From positions 64,001 to 128,000 of the forward strand of contig CAWCKJ010000006.1 in NCBI GenBank assembly GCA_963796105.1: a stretch of DNA of 64,000 nucleotides. Direction: 5' to 3'. The notes under the pieces were generated by a model. It searched no databases and had not been told where the DNA came from. It saw only the letters and a list, made by a program, of their open reading frames with translations. This stretch comes from a candidate division FCPU426 bacterium. Its GTDB lineage: Bacteria; Oederibacteriota; Muellerivitia; Muellerivitales; Muellerivitaceae. The translations under genes were made by a program, and so were the position numbers. Position 1 is the stretch's first letter. The number at the start of each line of letters is the position of its first letter. Shown piece by piece: positions 41,822 to 53,200 of the stretch.

Positions 41822-42843
41822 GGATTCTAACGCAAACCAATTCCAGCCGTTTAGGGGCGAAAGTCCCCAATAAGGCTGGTTTAATTTATTCACGCATTTT
41901 GGGGTTATTGTTTTTGTCAGTCATGGTCCTATTGGCCGGATGCCGGGCTAAACAACCCTACAAACAAAATACCCTACCTCTTCCTCCTGGAACCGATAGC
42001 GGAGTTTATGGGGACAAATTTGTTCAGGTTGAGTATGGTTTTGGTTTTCCCTTTCCCCCAAAATGGATTTTCGCGAAACTTTCCGCCGATCAAGAGGAGG
42101 ACGAGGTCGCCAGATTCCTGGACCCCTCCAAATTACTTTTGGCGCGTTTCTCCGTTCAATTGCTGGGAACCGGGGCTGAATTTTATACGAAAACTTGGGC
42201 TTCCGGAATCGAGCAGGACCTGAAAAACCGGCAATACCAGGTTTTGAAGGAAGATTCCATGCTGGAATGGAAAACATCCGATTCGCATCCCTGGTATGAG
42301 GTCCCATTCCACCTGGAGGATTCCAAGAAAAAAGGCTGGTATGACGAGGAGTGGGTTTTGAACCGGGATGATATGTTGATTGAGGCCCATATAATCCTGG
42401 CCCAAAACCAGGCTGATACAGAAAAAGGGAAAAAACTTTTGAAACAGCTGGAAGCGTCCCTGAGCCAAATCCAGTGGTACACGCCGATTGGTTCGCGTGG
42501 AATCTCGGTGGAAAGGTTCGAACTCAGGAAATTCACTGAGGATTTTTGCCAGGCGTTGGAAAGCCGGGATCCCAGCAGTTTTAACGGTTTTTTTGACGAG
42601 ATGTATCCGGAACTGCCCCAATGGAACGCCTGGTATCAGCAGGCGGTCACGGGAGACCCCAAGACCATCGAGCTGAAGGCGGACCTTTCGGGGTTGATCA
42701 TCAACGGCGATTATGCCACCGTCATATTTTCCCTGACCCGGAAGGAAAAAGGGGGCCATGCAGAGAAATCCGAGAAAGGTTTTAAGCTTTCCAAAAAAGA
42801 AGGGACATGGAAAATAGAAGCCCCTATCCAAAAAATGAAATGA
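41818..42843 (+). CDS. Putative lipoprotein
   Basis: LLAGC lipobox; start uncertain. Confidence 0.7.
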   Translation: MRILTQTNSSRLGAKVPNKAGLIYSRILGLLFLSVMVLLAGCRAKQPYKQNTLPLPPGTDSGVYGDKFVQVEYGFGFPFPPKWIFAKLSADQEEDEVARFLDPSKLLLARFSVQLLGTGAEFYTKTWASGIEQDLKNRQYQVLKEDSMLEWKTSDSHPWYEVPFHLEDSKKKGWYDEEWVLNRDDMLIEAHIILAQNQADTEKGKKLLKQLEASLSQIQWYTPIGSRGISVERFELRKFTEDFCQALESRDPSSFNGFFDEMYPELPQWNAWYQQAVTGDPKTIELKADLSGLIINGDYATVIFSLTRKEKGGHAEKSEKGFKLSKKEGTWKIEAPIQKMK

Positions 42844-43042
42844 ATAGGTGAGCTTTTGATGTGATAACGATAGGGGTTGATTTAGGGTCTGATGTTTTTC
42901 TGGAGAGTTATATTTTAGGCTTTCGTTGTTTTAATTCACTTTTCCCGAATAAACCTAATGAAGCGCTTTTGTTTCTTTCGCGCACCCTTTCCTCATGATT
43001 ATAATCTTTAAGCGATAATGGCATTAAATTCCTGGAGGCGTT

Positions 43043-43915
43043 ATGCGCAGTATGACAGGTTTCGGCCGGGGCGAGGGGCAGTCCAAGCTCGCCCGGATAG
43101 TCGCGGAAATAAAAACAGTCAACCATAAATACCATGATATTTCCTTGAAAATCCCGCCTTCCTTCCAGTTCCTGGAGCCGGAATTGAGGGAATTGATTCT
43201 TACCTCAGTGACAAGAGGGAAAGTTGATTTGTTCCTAAAAGATCTTTCCTCCGGGAAAACAAGGACAGTCGGAATCAACGAGGAACTGGTCGAGGATTAT
43301 CTTCAGCTCGCCAAACAAGTCGCGCGTAAATTCAAACTTAAAGGGGAACTATCCATCGAGTCCTTGATCAAATTGCCGGATGTGATGACATCTTCTGAAC
43401 CCGAGGGAAGGGAATTGGAGCAACGTAAGGCCGCGCTTGAAGCGGTCCGATCGGCATTGAAGGCGCTCGATAAAATGCGCCAATCGGAGGGGGCGCGTCT
43501 TGGAAAAGACATGGTGGACCGGGTTAAGGAGCTGTCGGGACTCGTTCAGCAACTCAGGAACCAACACAAGACTGTCCTAGCTGAAAAAATAAAATTGTTC
43601 AGGGAAAAAATCACCACGTTCCTCCCGGAACCCCTCCAGGACCAAGCCCGCCTTTCCACCGAGGAGGGAATCCAACTTCAGCGCCTCGATATTTCCGAGG
43701 AGTTGACCCGTTTGGACAGCCATTTGGTGGAGTTCCAGTCGGCTTTGAAGTCGAAAGACAGCGTCGGCCGAAAGCTGGATTTTTTGATCCAGGAGATGAA
43801 CCGAGAGGTCAATACCATCGGGTCCAAGGCGGGAGACGCCAAAATGGCCCATGCCGTCGTTCGTTTGAAGGAACTCATGGAGCAGTTAAGGGAACAAATC
43901 CAGAATATTGAATAA
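43043..43915 (+). CDS. yicC: YicC/YloC-family endoribonuclease
   Basis: MRSMTGFG, GRKLDFLIQEMNREVNTIGSK, REQIQNIE. Confidence 0.95.
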   Translation: MRSMTGFGRGEGQSKLARIVAEIKTVNHKYHDISLKIPPSFQFLEPELRELILTSVTRGKVDLFLKDLSSGKTRTVGINEELVEDYLQLAKQVARKFKLKGELSIESLIKLPDVMTSSEPEGRELEQRKAALEAVRSALKALDKMRQSEGARLGKDMVDRVKELSGLVQQLRNQHKTVLAEKIKLFREKITTFLPEPLQDQARLSTEEGIQLQRLDISEELTRLDSHLVEFQSALKSKDSVGRKLDFLIQEMNREVNTIGSKAGDAKMAHAVVRLKELMEQLREQIQNIE

Positions 43916-44005
43916 TCATCATTTTGAGGAAGTTGGTTTGAAATTAATGAGTTTTTGTGGTTATCGCCGCGCATTCCTAACAAATAAAGAATGGGTCGGT
44001 AATTC

Positions 44006-44608
44006 ATGAAGCATCCCGGATTGATGATAGTCATGTCCTCTCCCTCGGGCGGGGGGAAAACAACTATCGCCGAATTGTTGATGAAGAAGGATTCAAATAT
44101 CATCCGTTCGATTTCCTGTACTACGCGGGAGCCAAGGATCGGGGAGAAAAACGGCAAGGATTATTTTTTCATTTCAGATGCCCGATTCAAAAAGTTGGCT
44201 TCTCATGGGGAATTTTTGGAATGGGCTAAAGTTCACCGCCACTACTACGGAACCCCGCGCAAATGGGTTCAGGAACAGCTTTCGAAAGGTAAAGATGTCT
44301 TGATGGTCATCGATGTCCAGGGAGGGAAGGCTATCAAGGCGCAGAATCCGCAGGTTCTTCTTATCTTTTTGAAACCTCCTAACTTGTCTGTCCTAAAAGA
44401 ACGACTAATAGGCCGGAATTCGGAGGATGACGCATCCTTGAGTGAAAGGCTGAAAAACGCGAAGAAGGAAATGAGGGAAGGTGAAAAGTACGACTATCAA
44501 GTGACAAATAACCAATTGGCCAAGGCTGTCGCTAAAGTGAGGGGGATTATTTTAAAGGCACGTAAGAGAAAAACCTTTGCGGCCAAATTTAAAGGAAATC
44601 CCTGTTAA
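44006..44608 (+). CDS. gmk: Guanylate kinase
   Basis: SPSGGGKTT, SCTTREPR, YYGTP. Confidence 0.97.
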   Translation: MKHPGLMIVMSSPSGGGKTTIAELLMKKDSNIIRSISCTTREPRIGEKNGKDYFFISDARFKKLASHGEFLEWAKVHRHYYGTPRKWVQEQLSKGKDVLMVIDVQGGKAIKAQNPQVLLIFLKPPNLSVLKERLIGRNSEDDASLSERLKNAKKEMREGEKYDYQVTNNQLAKAVAKVRGIILKARKRKTFAAKFKGNPC

Positions 44609-44757
44609 ATCCTTTTAAACACCAGAATTTCCATCGAGGAAGTTCATCCTTAATCAATAATTCTTTTCGTTTTATCATTACGATTTCCAGGAATGTTGGG
44701 TATAATCACCGTTTCCTAAAACACCTGTTTCACCTTAATCCCCATCGGAGGGTATGA

Positions 44758-44985
44758 ATGAGCGAAGAAAATAAAGACATGCCCACGGACGTCATGGAAA
44801 ACCGTTACATGGCGGTTTTGGCGGCCTCGAAACGGGCGCGCCAATTGCTAGATCGCGCTGAAAAGCACAAGCTAACCGTGGATACAGAAAAAGTCATCCT
44901 GCAAGCCTTAAACGAATACATGAGCCGTAAAGTTACTTATATCCAGTTTGATAACACCGCTAAGAAGAAAAAAGAAAAGGATTAA
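44758..44985 (+). CDS. rpoZ: RNA polymerase omega subunit
   Basis: NRYMAVLAASKRARQL; gmk-rpoZ-coaBC synteny. Confidence 0.88.
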   Translation: MSEENKDMPTDVMENRYMAVLAASKRARQLLDRAEKHKLTVDTEKVILQALNEYMSRKVTYIQFDNTAKKKKEKD

Positions 44986-45065
44986 TAGCGGCTGTCTTCA
45001 TCCGGGTACCGGTTGATAACTTTCATCCGAATTCCGGAAACTTCCTTTAAAAAAATTGGTTATCT

Positions 45066-46322
45066 ATGGCATCCATCCTTAAACCCAGAATCCTCCTGGG
45101 GGTCAATGGAAGCATTGCGGCTTATAAGGCCGTAGAGCTGATATTCCTCCTGAAAAAATTCTCGGATGTCCGTGTCGTGGCGACAGAGGCGGCCTCTCAT
45201 TTGGTGGATTTGAGGGAACTGCGTAAAGCCTCCGGGGCCCCTGTTTGGACAAGTTTATTCAAGGGTTCCACCCCCATTCCATCCGGTACTCCCAGCGGCA
45301 CCCATCCATTGGCGGTTGTTCCGCACATCGAATACGCTAAGAGTGCGGATCTCATCTTAATCGCCCCGGCCACCGCGGATTTCATGGCAAAAATGGCCTT
45401 GGGCCTGGCGGACGATTTACTCTCAAGTCTTTGTCTTTACGCCACCTGTCCTTTATGGGTGGCCCCCGCCATGAACGTCAATATGTGGAAGCATCCGGCG
45501 ACGGCGCGTAACCGGAAACTTTTATTTGAAAGGGGCGTTCGTTTTATTGGTCCGGATCAAGGCCACTTGGCCTGCGGGGACGTGGGCGAGGGACGATTTG
45601 TCGAACCCACTGAGATCGCATTCCAAGCCGAAAGTTATTTCAACCGATTTGGAAATTGGCGGGGAAAGAAAATCCTGGTGACGGCCGGGCCCACCCAGGA
45701 AGCCATTGATCCTGTGAGAATCATCACTAATCGCTCCAGCGGAAAAATGGGTTATGCGCTTGCCCAAGCCGCTTTGAACCGGGGGGCGGAAGTCACGCTT
45801 ATCCATGGGCCTGTTTCACTCTCACCCTTAACCGGCGCGAAAATGGTGCCTGTCATGACCGCGTTGGAATTAAATGACAAGGTTCTAGGACTTTTGCCGC
45901 AAACGCACGTTCTAATTATGGCCGCCGCGGTCGCGGATTATTCCGTCGCGAAACCGTCGAAAAATAAAATAAAAAAGAATAAAAATGAAATTTTACTCAA
46001 TCTGCGCAAAAATCCAGATATTCTTGGCGAGGTGCTTAATAAAAGAAAAAAAACACAGATTGTAGTTGGATTTGCCGCGGAAACGGAAAAACTCAAGAAA
46101 AACGCTAAGGAAAAATGGGAAAAGAAAAGATGCGACCTTCTTGTTGCCAATCTTGTGGGCCGGAAGGGAACCGGATTTGACAGCGATCAAAATGAGTTGG
46201 TTGTTTTCAGTAAAAAAATGGTTAACCCTATTCACATGAGGAAGGATTTGAAAAGCCGGCTGGCTGAAAAGATACTTGATCTGGTGGATGCTTTTTTTCC
46301 CCGAATAATTACAGAGAAATGA
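45066..46322 (+). CDS. coaBC: Bifunctional PPC decarboxylase/synthetase
   Basis: GSIAAYKA, PAMNVNMW, TAGPTQEAIDPVR, GFAAET. Confidence 0.97.
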   Translation: MASILKPRILLGVNGSIAAYKAVELIFLLKKFSDVRVVATEAASHLVDLRELRKASGAPVWTSLFKGSTPIPSGTPSGTHPLAVVPHIEYAKSADLILIAPATADFMAKMALGLADDLLSSLCLYATCPLWVAPAMNVNMWKHPATARNRKLLFERGVRFIGPDQGHLACGDVGEGRFVEPTEIAFQAESYFNRFGNWRGKKILVTAGPTQEAIDPVRIITNRSSGKMGYALAQAALNRGAEVTLIHGPVSLSPLTGAKMVPVMTALELNDKVLGLLPQTHVLIMAAAVADYSVAKPSKNKIKKNKNEILLNLRKNPDILGEVLNKRKKTQIVVGFAAETEKLKKNAKEKWEKKRCDLLVANLVGRKGTGFDSDQNELVVFSKKMVNPIHMRKDLKSRLAEKILDLVDAFFPRIITEK

Positions 46323-47107
46323 GTTTAATGAAACACTTCCCGGAACATATCAAAAGACTCGGGATAAGATACTTGCCTCCTGATTATTTAAAGGCGGAAA
46401 CCCCGGGTCTTACTGAGTCATCTGCGCGAAAAACAACCACCGAAAAACCAATATTAGAACCAAATCCCAAAATAGACGAATCGGGCCCTTATAAGCCAAC
46501 TTACCCCAAATGGCTGACGGCCTCCCATGAAAGCATTTCAGCGATGGAGCTGATGGCTTACGATAAGGATATTTGCCAGTGCCAAAATTGCGCCCTGGGA
46601 AAAACCCGCAGGAATTTTGTGTTCGGAAGCGGAAATCCCCAGGCTGAAGTGATGTTTATCGGGGAAGCGCCGGGAGCGGAGGAGGACGCCCAAGGACTTC
46701 CTTTCGTCGGCGCCGCAGGACAACTGTTGACGAAAATCGTTGAATCCACAAAAACCTGGAAAAGATCCGAGGTTTTCATCTGCAACATATTAAAGTGCCG
46801 CCCTCCTGGCAACCGCACCCCTTTGCCGGAGGAGGTGGAACCATGCCGTCCGTATTTGGAGGAACAGATTAGAATCATTCATCCCAAATTCATCATGGCC
46901 CTCGGCGCAACCGCCGCCCAGGAATTGTTGAAGACAAAAGATTCCGTGGGGAAGCTTCGGAATAAATGGCATGATTTAGGGGGAACTCCATTGAGAGTGA
47001 CCTATCATCCGGCGGCTCTCCTGCGGTTTGACGGCTATAAAAAAGACGTTTGGGAAGACATGAAAGAATTGACGGCCAAGTACAACCTTGAAAAAGGGAA
47101 GACTTGA
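46319..47107 (+). CDS. Family 4 uracil-DNA glycosylase
   Basis: [26 protein letters not shown]. Confidence 0.93.
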   Translation: MSLMKHFPEHIKRLGIRYLPPDYLKAETPGLTESSARKTTTEKPILEPNPKIDESGPYKPTYPKWLTASHESISAMELMAYDKDICQCQNCALGKTRRNFVFGSGNPQAEVMFIGEAPGAEEDAQGLPFVGAAGQLLTKIVESTKTWKRSEVFICNILKCRPPGNRTPLPEEVEPCRPYLEEQIRIIHPKFIMALGATAAQELLKTKDSVGKLRNKWHDLGGTPLRVTYHPAALLRFDGYKKDVWEDMKELTAKYNLEKGKT

Positions 47108-47298
47108 ATTTCATCAAAAGATTAATTCCGCATCCCCAAAATGGGCCTTTTTCAATGCTTTTCCCATCTGCAATATTTATTAAATCAAAGCAAACACCTT
47201 TATTTCCTTAATGAAAACCGTTAAAACATCACGAAACTTTGGTTTCTAATAACCTGTTATAATTTGCCTATCAATTTCTTCTCGAATGGGTCCGGCTC

Positions 47299-50200
47299 AT
47301 GCGTTTCCGAAAAACAGCATATTTTTTAATGTTTTTTTTCGTGTTTTTGACCCAAACACGCATTTTTGTTCACGCCGCCACTATCCAATCGGTTCAATCG
47401 GGAACTAACACCATTGCTGCGCCTAATTCTGCTATTACTGTGACGTTGCCACAGGCAGTGACTCCGAGCAATTCCTTTTTGATATTCAGCACATCCTCCA
47501 ATGGTCCAGCGCCAAACAATACCTTTGTAACAGGACAACTTGATGCCTCCAACGGTGCTGCATTGACATTTTCATGTGCAATTGCGCCTGGACCGGCGAC
47601 TCCCGTCTCAATCCAATGGTATGTGGCTCAGTTTACGCATGGAGTGACGGTCCAAAGGGGCTCGGTAGCTATGAATGGAACTACAGTTAATGTTCCTATA
47701 CCCACTGCCGTTGATTTATCGAAAAGTTTTCCAATTATCAGTTTAAAAACTTCTGATGCAACTTTTGGCGGTGGTGAATTCATTCAAGCGGCGATTAGTT
47801 CTACGACTAATCTCCAACTTTCCGCTAATAACATTCCAACAGCACCTTCCACCGTATCTTGGCAGGTCATCCAATTTGATAATGTAAGCGTCCAATATGG
47901 AACGATTTCACTTCCTGCAGGTGCCTTTAGCACGGACGTCCCTCTCTCCTCACCAATAATACCTTCCCAATCTTGGCTATTGTTTACTAATTCTACAAAT
48001 TTTGCTTCTAACGATATGAGGCAAAACCTTTTGCAGAGTTCGATCACGGGAGCTAATGACCTCTTGTTTACTAGAAATGGTTTCGGCATTACTTCCGTTC
48101 TTAACGTGAGTTGGTATGTTGTCCAATTTTCGGATGGAACCGCGGTTCAAAGTGGGACAGAAGCATTCCAGCCTACGGATTTGACCAATGGCGCTTTATT
48201 GCAGAGTATCGCTTTAAATCAAAGTATCGCCTCAGCGGGAGGACTTTATTACGGGGGCGGGGATGTATTAACCAACACTCAAACTAATCCGGAAGTGGCC
48301 ATGGGTTTGCTGGCGTTAACCAGTACTACAAACCTTCAGATTACAAGGGCTACTAACGGCGGTGGTGCCGGATGGGCGTCGAATTTTGGATGGAATGTTG
48401 TTCAATTTCCTTTAGCTACCGCCACTCCAACAAAAACATCCACATTTACTTCCACAAATACAAATACGAATACACCGACTCCAACTTTAACACCGACTCC
48501 CACCTTTACAAATACTCCAACGAACACGCCTACTTATACGCCAACTCAACCGGCAATATCGATCGGAGTGTGGACGCCGACCCCGGGAAACTCAACCCAA
48601 ATACCTGGGGCATCAAGCGTTCAAGAGATGAATTTGCAAGTAATCAATAACAGTAATGAAGGGGTGAGCTTGGACTATTTGGTGTTAAAGGCTACGGACC
48701 TAAGCGGCGCTAACTCTGGAACTGGAATTTACTCGGTAGATCTTTATAAGAGTGGGGAGCTGTTGGCAAGTTCGACCTATTCAGGTGCAAACGGGGTTGT
48801 AACTTTGGGTGGTTATCCATTAGACACTCTGACGGCAACAGGGTCGGCTGGAGCCACGGCAAATTACCAGGTGGAATATGATTTTTCGGCTGCCGCTCCT
48901 ACCGGAACATATCAAGGTATTATTACAGGAAATGCAAACTTGGTTGGGGCTGGGATTTCCTCACTACAACCGATTCTGGTGACTGGTGCTCCAATAAATG
49001 GGGCAACCATCACGATCGCGACACCAACCCTGACACCAACGCCGACAAATACGTCAACGAACACACCGACGGATACGCCGACGCCGACCTACACACCGAC
49101 TCCGACTGCTACTCCGACCTATACCCCCACAGACACACCCACATACACTCCAACAAACACGCCAACCAACACCCCGACCCCAACTCCCACGGATACTCCT
49201 ACTCCGACGCCCACGGATACCCCAACGCCGACGCCAACAGATACATCCACTGACACACCGACCCCGACCTTTACATCAACAAGTACGCCCACTCCGACGC
49301 CATATTTGTTGAGCGTGGCAACGGTGTCAGGGACGCCGCCGAACACGGTTCAGATCCCCGGAGCGCAAAACGTGGGGGTATTGCAGTTCAGCTTGAGCAA
49401 TCCTGGGACGTCGGCGGTGACCTTATACGGGCTGGTAATGCAGGCTGTGGGGAATGGGACGCAAGTGTCCGGGGTCAACCTGCTGGATGGGGGAGGGTTG
49501 ATACTGGAGAGCAAGGCATATAGCGCCGGGTACGTGACGTTGGGAGGAGCCCCGCTGACGGTTCTGGGGAGCGGAGTGGTGACTTTTGGAGTGAGTTATA
49601 ACTTCCAAACGACGGCGGCGACTGGGGATTATGGGGTGTCCTTGACGGGTGTCCGAGGAATAGATGACACGGGTCAGGTGGCTCAGGTTAGCGGGATACC
49701 GGTAGGTGGGGCAACCATCACGATTGCGACTCCAACCCCGACACCAACTCCGACCTACACATCGACGAATACACCGACGGATACGCCGACTCCGACATTC
49801 ACCCCAACGCCAACCGATACACCAACCTATACTCCCACAGACACACCCACATCCACTCCAACGAACACGCCAACCAACACTCCGACCCCAACTCCCACGA
49901 ATACACCAACCCTGACACCGACCAATACTCCTACGCCGACGCCAACTTATACCTCTACTGACACGCCGACGAACACCCCGACGGCGACGCCGACGCCGAC
50001 CTATACGCAGCAGGCTGTGCAGATAAGCAATGGAACGCCTGTAGTGGCCGGGGCGACGGTGATCCCTGGAGCGATGAGCGTGACGGTGATGAACCTGCAG
50101 GTACTCAACCAAAGCACGGAATCTGTGACGTTGAGTACGGTAACCTTGACGGCGTCGGGAAGCGGGAATGACGCTGGAGTGACGGTGAAGCTGTACAAGG

Positions 50201-53200
50201 GAACGACACCGTTGGCCATCGGGGTATATGGGACGGACAATGGCCAAGTGGTACTAGGATTTGGAAGTGATGTGGTAGGGGCTGGATTGACGCAGAATTA
50301 CCTGGTGACCTATGACTTCCCGATAGGGGCAAGCACAGGAACATACCAGGCTAGCGTGGCACAGAACACGGACTTGGCTGGGACAGGGGCATTCCGGGCA
50401 ATCCTGGTGAATGGGGCGCCGGTGACTGGGGCGGTTATCACGGTGGCCCTGCCGACGGCGACTTTTACTCCGACCTACACATCGACGAATACACCGACGG
50501 ATACGCCGACTCCGACATTCACCCCAACGCCAACCGATACACCAACCTATACTCCCACAGACACACCCACATCCACTCCAACGAACACGCCAACCAACAC
50601 TCCGACCCCAACTCCCACGAATACACCAACCCTGACACCGACCAATACTCCTACGCCGACGCCAACTTATACCTCTACTGACACGCCGACGAACACCCCG
50701 ACGGCGACGCCGACGCCGACCTATACGCAGCAGGCTGTGCAGATAAGCAATGGAACGCCTGTAGTGGCCGGGGCGACGGTGATCCCTGGAGCGATGAGCG
50801 TGACGGTGATGAACCTGCAGGTACTCAACCAAAGCACGGAATCTGTGACGTTGAGTACGGTAACCTTGACGGCGTCGGGAAGCGGGAATGACGCTGGAGT
50901 GACGGTGAAGCTGTACAAGGGAACGACACCGTTGGCCATCGGGGTATATGGGACGGACAATGGCCAAGTGGTACTAGGATTTGGAAGTGATGTGGTAGGG
51001 GCTGGATTGACGCAGAATTACCTGGTGACCTATGACTTCCCGATAGGGGCAAGCACAGGAACATACCAGGCTAGCGTGGCACAGAACACGGACTTGGCTG
51101 GGACAGGGGCATTCCGGGCAATCCTGGTGAATGGGGCGCCGGTGACTGGGGCGGTTATCACGGTGGCCCTGCCGACGGCGACTTTTACTCCGACCTACAC
51201 ATCGACGAATACACCGACGGATACGCCGACTCCGACATTCACCCCAACGCCAACCGATACACCAACCTATACTCCCACAGACACACCCACATCCACTCCA
51301 ACGAACACGCCAACCAACACTCCGACCCCAACTCCCACGAATACACCAACCCTGACACCGACCAATACTCCTACGCCGACGCCAACTTATACCTCTACTG
51401 ACACGCCGACGAACACCCCGACGGCGACGCCGACGCCGACCTATACGCAGCAGGCTGTGCAGATAAGCAATGGAACGCCTGTAGTGGCCGGGGCGACGGT
51501 GATCCCTGGAGCGATGAGCGTGACGGTGATGAACCTGCAGGTACTCAACCAAAGCACGGAATCTGTGACGTTGAGTACGGTAACCTTGACGGCGTCGGGA
51601 AGCGGGAATGACGCTGGAGTGACGGTGAAGCTGTACAAGGGAACGACACCGTTGGCCATCGGGGTATATGGGACGGACAATGGCCAAGTGGTACTAGGAT
51701 TTGGAAGTGATGTGGTAGGGGCTGGATTGACGCAGAATTACCTGGTGACCTATGACTTCCCGATAGGGGCAAGCACAGGAACATACCAGGCTAGCGTGGC
51801 ACAGAACACGGACTTGGCTGGGACAGGGGCATTCCGGGCAATCCTGGTGAATGGGGCGCCGGTGACTGGGGCGGTTATCACGGTGGCCCTGCCGACGGCG
51901 ACTTTTACTCCGACCTACACATCGACGAATACACCGACGGATACGCCGACTCCGACATTCACCCCAACGCCAACCGATACACCAACCTATACTCCCACAG
52001 ACACACCCACATCCACTCCAACGAACACGCCAACCAACACTCCGACCCCAACTCCCACGAATACACCAACCCTGACACCGACCAATACTCCTACGCCGAC
52101 GCCAACTTATACCTCTACTGACACGCCGACGAACACCCCGACGGCGACGCCGACGCCGACCTATACGCAGCAGGCTGTGCAGATAAGCAATGGAACGCCT
52201 GTAGTGGAAGGCATGACGGTGGCCCTGCCGACGGCGACTTTTACTCCGACCTACACATCGACGAATACACCGACGGATACGCCGACTCCGACATTCACCC
52301 CAACGCCAACCGATACACCAACCTATACTCCCACAGACACACCCACATCCACTCCAACGAACACGCCAACCAACACTCCGACCCCAACTCCCACGAATAC
52401 ACCAACCCTGACACCGACCAATACTCCTACGCCGACGCCAACTTATACCTCTACTGACACGCCGACGAACACCCCGACGGCGACGCCGACGCCGACCTAT
52501 ACGCAGCAGGCTGTGCAGATAAGCAATGGAACGCCTGTAGTGGCCGGGGCGACGGTGATCCCTGGAGCGATGAGCGTGACGGTGATGAACCTGCAGGTAC
52601 TCAACCAAAGCACGGAATCTGTGACGTTGAGTACGGTAACCTTGACGGCGTCGGGAAGCGGGAATGACGCTGGAGTGACGGTGAAGCTGTACAAGGGAAC
52701 GACACCGTTGGCCATCGGGGTATATGGGACGGACAATGGCCAAGTGGTACTAGGATTTGGAAGTGATGTGGTAGGGGCTGGATTGACGCAGAATTACCTG
52801 GTGACCTATGACTTCCCGATAGGGGCAAGCACAGGAACATACCAGGCTAGCGTGGCACAGAACACGGACTTGGCTGGGACAGGGGCATTCCGGGCAATCC
52901 TGGTGAATGGGGCGCCGGTGACTGGGGCGGTTATCACGGTGGCCCTGCCGACGGCGACTTTTACTCCGACCTACACATCGACGAATACACCGACGGATAC
53001 GCCGACTCCGACATTCACCCCAACGCCAACCGATACACCAACCTATACTCCCACAGACACACCCACATCCACTCCAACGAACACGCCAACCAACACTCCG
53101 ACCCCAACTCCCACGAATACACCAACCCTGACACCGACCAATACTCCTACGCCGACGCCAACTTATACCTCTACTGACACGCCGACGAACACCCCGACGG